A stretch of 36,176 nucleotides of DNA from an uncultured Gammaproteobacteria bacterium (lineage in GTDB: Bacteria > Patescibacteriota > Patescibacteriia > Magasanikbacterales > GWA2-37-8), in contig CAYUIA010000002.1 in NCBI GenBank assembly GCA_964444635.1, positions 1 through 36,176 on the forward strand, written 5' to 3'. The translations under genes were made by a program, and so were the position numbers. The notes under the pieces were generated by a model, which saw only the letters and a list, made by a program, of their open reading frames with translations, was not told the origin of the DNA and did no database searches. Positions 30,984 to 36,176 of the stretch are shown in pieces; positions within the stretch are counted from its first letter, which is position 1, and every line of letters starts with the position of its first letter.

Positions 30984-32011
30984 ATATTTTCCACTTGATC
31001 TTTAGCAGACATAAAAATCACATCATTAATATCTTTGGCGCTTGTAAAAAGCATTATCATTCTATCCAAACCCAAAGCAATACCGCCGGTTGGTTTCATC
31101 CCGCTTTGCAACGCCTCAATAAATTCAGAATCTACAGGAAAAACTTCTTTCCCGAGTCCCTGTCTCAAATCTCTATCTTTTTCCAAATTTTCTCGTTGCT
31201 TTTGCGCATCAGTCAGTTCACCAAAAGCATTACAAAGTTCCAACCCCGCAATATAGCATTCGAAACGTTCTGCATATCTACTATCTTCACAAAGTTGCGA
31301 TAACGAGGTCATTTGTGCCGGATAATCATAGATAATGATCGGTTTTTTCCAACCCAATTTTGGTTCTATTTCATTCAAAAATATTTTATAAAAAAGATCT
31401 TCGTATTTTTCATTTTCTTTTACTTGACATCCTTTTTCTTTTGCCAAAATAGACATTTTTTCTATAGTCAAATAATCATCTAGATTAACTCCCAAATATT
31501 TTTGCCAGACTTCTTTCATTTGCGCTCTGTCCCAAGTAGTATTTATCAAAATTTTTTTATCATTTCTACTAACAAAATCCTGATTTAGAGTCTGGCCAAT
31601 ACTTTTGAATAAACTCTCCAGATCATCCATGATATCCGTCAATTTTCCGGGCGAACGATACCATTCTATCATAATAAATTCCGGATTATGTGTTCCGCCA
31701 AAATCTTCTCTATTACGAAAACAAGGACAAATTTCAAATATTTTTTCATACCCGGCACAAAGCAACTTTTTCAGCGCATATTCCGGAGAAGTGTGTAAAT
31801 AAAATGGATATTCTTGGCCGATAGGATGAATATACCTAATACCTATAGGATCTAGATATGGCTCTTGCGAAGCGGTTTTTACAGCTAACGGGGTTTGTGC
31901 TTCAACAAAACCAAGCGACCAAAAAAACTCTCTTGTTTTTTTCAAAATTAAGAGTTTTTTATCATAAATTTCCTTAGTCTTTGGGTTGTCTTTTAGTTCT
32001 TTCCAGTTCAT
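30980..32011 (-). CDS. epmA: EF-P--(R)-beta-lysine ligase (GenX/PoxA; class II LysRS catalytic-core paralog)
   Basis: 343 aa with no anticodon-binding domain. FVEAQTP, CFRNRE, GIALGLDRMIML class II motifs. Confidence 0.8.
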   Translation of the reverse strand: MNWKELKDNPKTKEIYDKKLLILKKTREFFWSLGFVEAQTPLAVKTASQEPYLDPIGIRYIHPIGQEYPFYLHTSPEYALKKLLCAGYEKIFEICPCFRNREDFGGTHNPEFIMIEWYRSPGKLTDIMDDLESLFKSIGQTLNQDFVSRNDKKILINTTWDRAQMKEVWQKYLGVNLDDYLTIEKMSILAKEKGCQVKENEKYEDLFYKIFLNEIEPKLGWKKPIIIYDYPAQMTSLSQLCEDSRYAERFECYIAGLELCNAFGELTDAQKQRENLEKDRDLRQGLGKEVFPVDSEFIEALQSGMKPTGGIALGLDRMIMLFTSAKDINDVIFMSAKDQVENI

Positions 32012-32026
32012 ACAAAATATTTGCTT

Positions 32027-32055
32027 ATTTTAAACAAATATTGGGCTTTTGTCAA
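32027..32055 (-). promoter_or_regulatory. Sigma70-type promoter of epmA-epmB
   Basis: Minus strand TTGACA-N17-TAAAAT. Confidence 0.6.
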
Positions 32056-32061
32056 TATTTA

Positions 32062-32096
32062 AAACCGCCCCTTTATCCATGGAGGCGGTTTTAAAA
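32062..32096 (-). terminator. Terminator-like hairpin
   Basis: AACCGCC...GGCGGTT with flanking T/A runs. Confidence 0.5.
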
Positions 32097-32105
32097 ATTT
32101 TTTAT

Positions 32106-33056
32106 TTAAGGGCTTATTTTAATCGGAACTAGACTTGGGGTGACTTTTACCGGTGTAACTTTTAACTGTTCTTTAAGACGAATTTTACTTACTTCTCCGA
32201 CTACCTCCATACCTTTCTCGTAAGCTTCTATTTCCAAAGGCATATCATCATCATATTGAGCTAATTTCTCCGGGGCTAGCATGGCAATAACCGGATCAAA
32301 GTCTAAGGTCCAAATCGCTTTTTTAAGAGCTTTCCAAAAATCTTTTATAAATCCGGCAGCCGCATGATCAAAAAGTTCATTAAACCAACGAACCGCATAT
32401 TTATCTCTATTACCAGCGTATTGTTCACAGTGGGTTAGTTCATGAGCCATCCAATAAATGCTGTCGTTACTAAGATCTGTTAATTTTTTAGCGCTAGCAA
32501 AAGTTTTAACATACTTTTCATCACCAAACATTATTTTATAACCATCCGTAATCCCCAAATAAGGAGAATTTAATTTCTCTTTTAGTCTTGGTGCATAACC
32601 AAAAGTCACTTTTTTTAAATCGCATTTTTTCGCATCATAATAAGGAGACAGGCCTGTAACCATCTGAGTAGAAAATTTTTGCATTTTTGCGTCTTTGCCC
32701 AACCAATCCATATATAAACTAAAAACTTTTACCAATAATCCGTTCCATCCAGACCAACTCATCAAAGTTTTGGGGGCGGTGGCAGTTTCGGCTAAATAGA
32801 TTTTTTCCAATAACAACGAAGGGGCAATAAGTTTGTCATTTATCAAATTTACAATATCATTATCTGACAAAAGAGCGTAGTTTACAGCCGGTAATTTAAC
32901 AGTTGTGCTTTTGCTCAAAACATTGTCGCTAATACTAAAAACAATATTACTCTGGACGATGTCTTGCTCGTTCATAAAAATCTGATAGGTCATAAAACCT
33001 ACAAAACCGACAGTTAAAAAAAGCAGAAACATCAAAATTTGTGTTGAATATTTCAT
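32106..33056 (-). CDS. Membrane-anchored putative Zn metallopeptidase (HExxH, DUF4157-like)
   Basis: N-terminal TM helix and a WMAHELTHCEQY motif. Confidence 0.6.
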   Translation of the reverse strand: MKYSTQILMFLLFLTVGFVGFMTYQIFMNEQDIVQSNIVFSISDNVLSKSTTVKLPAVNYALLSDNDIVNLINDKLIAPSLLLEKIYLAETATAPKTLMSWSGWNGLLVKVFSLYMDWLGKDAKMQKFSTQMVTGLSPYYDAKKCDLKKVTFGYAPRLKEKLNSPYLGITDGYKIMFGDEKYVKTFASAKKLTDLSNDSIYWMAHELTHCEQYAGNRDKYAVRWFNELFDHAAAGFIKDFWKALKKAIWTLDFDPVIAMLAPEKLAQYDDDMPLEIEAYEKGMEVVGEVSKIRLKEQLKVTPVKVTPSLVPIKISP

Positions 33057-33078
33057 AAATTAAAATTAGTAAATAATT

Positions 33079-33118
33079 TAAAACCCGCTTTAATCATAGC
33101 ATTAAAGCGGGTTTTTTT
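33079..33118 (-). terminator. ileS terminator hairpin
   Basis: AAACCCGCTTTAAT-catagc-ATTAAAGCGGGTTT. Confidence 0.6.
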
Positions 33119-33136
33119 CAAATACTTCCGGGTTTT

Positions 33137-36034
33137 TTAAATTTTTTCCACTGCAATTTGAATTTTTTCTCCATCAATCTCCATCTCTTTGCTTAGCGTT
33201 TCTCGTTGTTCTATTTTTTCCGCCAAAACGCTTTGTTTTATTTTCTCGGAATTTTCTTCAACAATCTCTTTCAAATTTACGCTTGCAGTATTAAAAATCA
33301 AAACAATTTTATCGTTAACCGTCAATTTCTGATCTTTACGCATCTGGTTGACAGTTCGTACAATTTCTCGAACCACACCTTCCTTTTTAAGTTCAGGTGT
33401 GATTTCCGTATCTAACCAAACTTTTAAACCGTTGTTTTCTTTAACATTTTCGGCAAAAGAGAATTTTTTATCAAAAACAGCTTCTTTAACATTTAATTCT
33501 TCGGCTAGAATTTTTAATAACCCTTCTTCTATCTTTTGATTTATCACAACTTTGGATAACGGCTGACGAACCTTGAGACTTTTTTCCGCTCGCAAAGACA
33601 AGCCTAATTCCACCGCTTTGCGCACTTTTTCCATTTCTTCCAAAACGTCTCTTTCTATTTTTTCCGCTTCCGGCCAATCTTCCAAATGCACACTTTCCTT
33701 TTCTCCACCCAGAGACAAATATATTTTTTCCGCAATAAACGGAGTAACCGGAGCCATTACTTTTGAAAGAGTAAATAATACTTCATAAGTCGTGGAAAGC
33801 GCGGATTTCTTATCTTCTTCATCACTACCTTTGAAACGATCGCGAGAGCGACGTACATACCACTGTGACAATTCGGTCACAAATTCCAAAATTGGACGAT
33901 TGGCCCGCACTAAACGATAATTTTCCATGTTTTCGGTAATTTCTTTTACCAAAACATTTAATTTGGCCAAAATCCATTTATCCAAAATATTTTTTGATTT
34001 TATTTTTTCCGGTTTTTTACCTTCGCTAAACATTTCATAAAATTCATAAACATTCCAAAGGGTATTTACCAATTTGCCATAAATTTCTCGGACGGTTTCT
34101 TCGTTGAAATTCAAATCCTCGGCTTCCATGACCGGGGAAGTTGCCAAATAGTATCTCACCGCATCCGCACCATATTTTTGTAATAACATTTCCGGATCCG
34201 GATAATTGCGTAAACTTTTGCTCATTTTTTTGCCATCAGCGGCCAAAACCATACCATTTACAATCACATTTTTGAAGGCTGGAACATTTTTGATTTTGGG
34301 AATGGCTGATTTTCCTTCTTGTGACAAAGCGGTAGCCAAAATATGCAAAGTATAAAACCAACCTCGAGTTTGATCTTGTCCTTCGGCGATAAATTCAGCC
34401 GGAAAAGATTTTTCGAATTTTTCTTTATTTTCAAAAGGATAGTGCATTTGCGCATAAGGCATACTACCACTCTCAAACCAACAATCCAAAACTTCCGGAA
34501 TTTTATAATATTCTTTACCGTCTTTTTTGATAACTATTTGATTCACAAAGTGTTTGTGCAAATCCGTTATTTTTTGCCCGCTCAACTCTTCCAATTCTTT
34601 AACCGAACCGATACAAATACGATCGCCATCTTTGCTTTCCCAAATAGGCAGAGGTGTTCCCCAAAAACGATTGCGCGAAATTGCCCAATCACGAGCCGAA
34701 TCTAACCAATCACCAAAACGACCTTCTTTAATATGACTGGGGATCCAATTTATTTTCTGATTATTTTTTAGCATCTGATCTTTGATATCTGTCACTTTTA
34801 CAAACCAACTGTCGGTTGCATAATTAAGCAACGGTGTGTCACAACGCCAACAATGCGGATAACTATGTTCTATTTTTTCTTTGCTAAATAATTTATTTTG
34901 CCCGGCCAACCATTTGATAATTTCCACATCGGTTTTTTGCGGATCTTCTTTTGGTTTTACTTCTTGACCTGCAAAATCGGTTACTTCTTCTATAAAACGA
35001 CCGGTCATATCCACATGTTGCACCAAAGGAATTTTTTCCTTTTGTCCGACATTAAAATCATCTTCGCCGAAAGCCGGCGCAATATGTACTACTCCAGTAC
35101 CATCAACCGTAGTGACAAAAACAGCATTAACCACACGAAAAGCATTTTCCGTGTTGGCAAAATAAGGAAATAAAGGCTCGTATTTCAAGCCTATTAAACG
35201 ATCTCCTTCTATTTGTTTGATTATTTCAAACGGAATATCTTTAAAAACCGTTTCCGCCCTATCTTTTGCTACCAGATATTGTGTACCTTCGGCTTTTACT
35301 ACAACATATTGGATATCTCCGCCCAATGCCAACAAAACATTTCCGGGCAATGTCCATGGTGTCGTGGTCCAAGCCAAAATATATAATTCTTTTAAATCTA
35401 AAATTTCAGGATTTGTAACTTTAAATTTTACCGTTACAGAAATGTCTTTTATATCTTTATATCCTTGAGACGCTTCAAAATTGGAAAGCGGAGTGCTGCA
35501 TCGCGGACAAATATGCATGGGTTTATGTCCTTTATAAATTAAATTTTGATCCCAGAGCTGTCGAAACACCCACCACACACTTTCCATAAATTCCACGTTC
35601 ATAGTTTTATAATCATTTTCCATATCAACCCAACGACCAATACGACGAACGGTTTTTTTCCATTCATGAGCATAGGTCATGACACTACTACGACAAGCTT
35701 CATTAAATTTTGCAATACCATAATCTTCGATATCTTTACGTCCGCCTAAACTTAAATCTTTTTCCACGATGTTTTCCACCGGTAAGCCATGACAATCCCA
35801 ACCCCAGCGGCGTTCAACTTTAAATCCGCGCATCGTAAAATAGCGCGGCACCACATCTTTCATCAAAGAAGCTACGATGTGACCATAATGCGGCAAACCA
35901 GTAGCGAACGGCGGACCATCATAAAAAGCATAAGGTTTGGAATCCGGATTTTTTTGTAAAGATTTCTCAAAACATTGGTGTTCATCCCAATATTCAAGTA
36001 TTTTATTTTCTTCTTCGTTGGCGTTATATAACAT
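33137..36034 (-). CDS. ileS: Isoleucine--tRNA ligase
   Basis: 965 aa. GPPFATGLPHYGHI (HIGH), KMSKSLRN, CP1 editing region TTTPWTLPGN. Confidence 0.95.
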   Translation of the reverse strand: MLYNANEEENKILEYWDEHQCFEKSLQKNPDSKPYAFYDGPPFATGLPHYGHIVASLMKDVVPRYFTMRGFKVERRWGWDCHGLPVENIVEKDLSLGGRKDIEDYGIAKFNEACRSSVMTYAHEWKKTVRRIGRWVDMENDYKTMNVEFMESVWWVFRQLWDQNLIYKGHKPMHICPRCSTPLSNFEASQGYKDIKDISVTVKFKVTNPEILDLKELYILAWTTTPWTLPGNVLLALGGDIQYVVVKAEGTQYLVAKDRAETVFKDIPFEIIKQIEGDRLIGLKYEPLFPYFANTENAFRVVNAVFVTTVDGTGVVHIAPAFGEDDFNVGQKEKIPLVQHVDMTGRFIEEVTDFAGQEVKPKEDPQKTDVEIIKWLAGQNKLFSKEKIEHSYPHCWRCDTPLLNYATDSWFVKVTDIKDQMLKNNQKINWIPSHIKEGRFGDWLDSARDWAISRNRFWGTPLPIWESKDGDRICIGSVKELEELSGQKITDLHKHFVNQIVIKKDGKEYYKIPEVLDCWFESGSMPYAQMHYPFENKEKFEKSFPAEFIAEGQDQTRGWFYTLHILATALSQEGKSAIPKIKNVPAFKNVIVNGMVLAADGKKMSKSLRNYPDPEMLLQKYGADAVRYYLATSPVMEAEDLNFNEETVREIYGKLVNTLWNVYEFYEMFSEGKKPEKIKSKNILDKWILAKLNVLVKEITENMENYRLVRANRPILEFVTELSQWYVRRSRDRFKGSDEEDKKSALSTTYEVLFTLSKVMAPVTPFIAEKIYLSLGGEKESVHLEDWPEAEKIERDVLEEMEKVRKAVELGLSLRAEKSLKVRQPLSKVVINQKIEEGLLKILAEELNVKEAVFDKKFSFAENVKENNGLKVWLDTEITPELKKEGVVREIVRTVNQMRKDQKLTVNDKIVLIFNTASVNLKEIVEENSEKIKQSVLAEKIEQRETLSKEMEIDGEKIQIAVEKI

Positions 36035-36083
36035 ATGACAAAATTTTTAATTTTTAATTTTACAATTTTTAATTAATTTTTAA

Positions 36084-36176
36084 ATAAAAAAACACACTTT
36101 TGGTGTGTTAAGAGCCCTATAACAGGCGGTACCATCTTAACTTTATACTTAATTTAGTGGTTTTTACGGGCCCGAC
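36084..36176 (-). promoter_or_regulatory. T-box riboswitch leader of ileS: 3' part with antiterminator and terminator; the specifier region lies outside the window
   Basis: Minus strand GUUAAGA-[UGGUACC]-GCCU-GUUAUA-GGGC-UCUUAAC is a T-box-type antiterminator with a 7-nt bulge. UGGU is complementary to a tRNA 3' ACCA end. It overlaps the terminator AACACAC-CAAAA-GUGUGUU followed by U7. Confidence 0.65.

Noticed and set aside
1-36176. Alternative genetic code (UGA recoding as in some candidate phyla)
   Set aside because: All conserved genes are full length under the standard code, and at least one gene (epmA-like) ends in TGA at the expected position.

Overview
AT-rich bacterial chromosomal segment (about 35-42% GC by eye, standard genetic code, TAA stops dominate). 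It has small, tightly packed genes and many short hypothetical membrane or secreted proteins. The gene content and style fit a reduced-genome organism, plausibly CPR/Patescibacteria-like; that placement is inference only.

Recognisable housekeeping genes:
- partial tRNA-Arg(UCG)
- UvrD/PcrA helicase
- tgt, rlmH, trpS, rplA, gatB, ruvA, a NIF3-family gene, ileS with a T-box-type leader
- a seven-gene thymidylate (dTTP) cluster: dCMP deaminase, P-loop kinase, CYTH, dut, thyA, RibD_C-type DHFR, tmk
- an overlapping epmA/epmB-like pair

Accessory content:
- a PEBP-family protein and a small MazG-like protein
- two FkbM methyltransferase-domain proteins, one of them a 769-aa multidomain protein
- a DUF4157-like HExxH protein
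- several orphan membrane or Cys-rich proteins
- a 41-aa Lys-rich histone-like ORF that the ORF track missed

The most unusual signal is non-coding architecture:
1. At least four families of palindromic, MITE/REP-like elements. Copies sit in frame inside two conserved enzymes: two in the helicase and one and a half in tgt.
2. A class of word-repeat palindromes at gene junctions. Tandem 7-8 nt words form one arm and their complements form the other. Each copy has a different sequence but the same architecture.
3. A GC-rich, roughly 240-nt transcription unit with its own promoter and terminator and no credible ORF (unclassified structured RNA candidate). It lies between two membrane-protein genes that share a near-identical promoter/5'UTR module.

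Many promoters are near-consensus TTGACA-N17-TATAAT. All coordinates and alignments were made by hand from the sequence, and no database search was possible.
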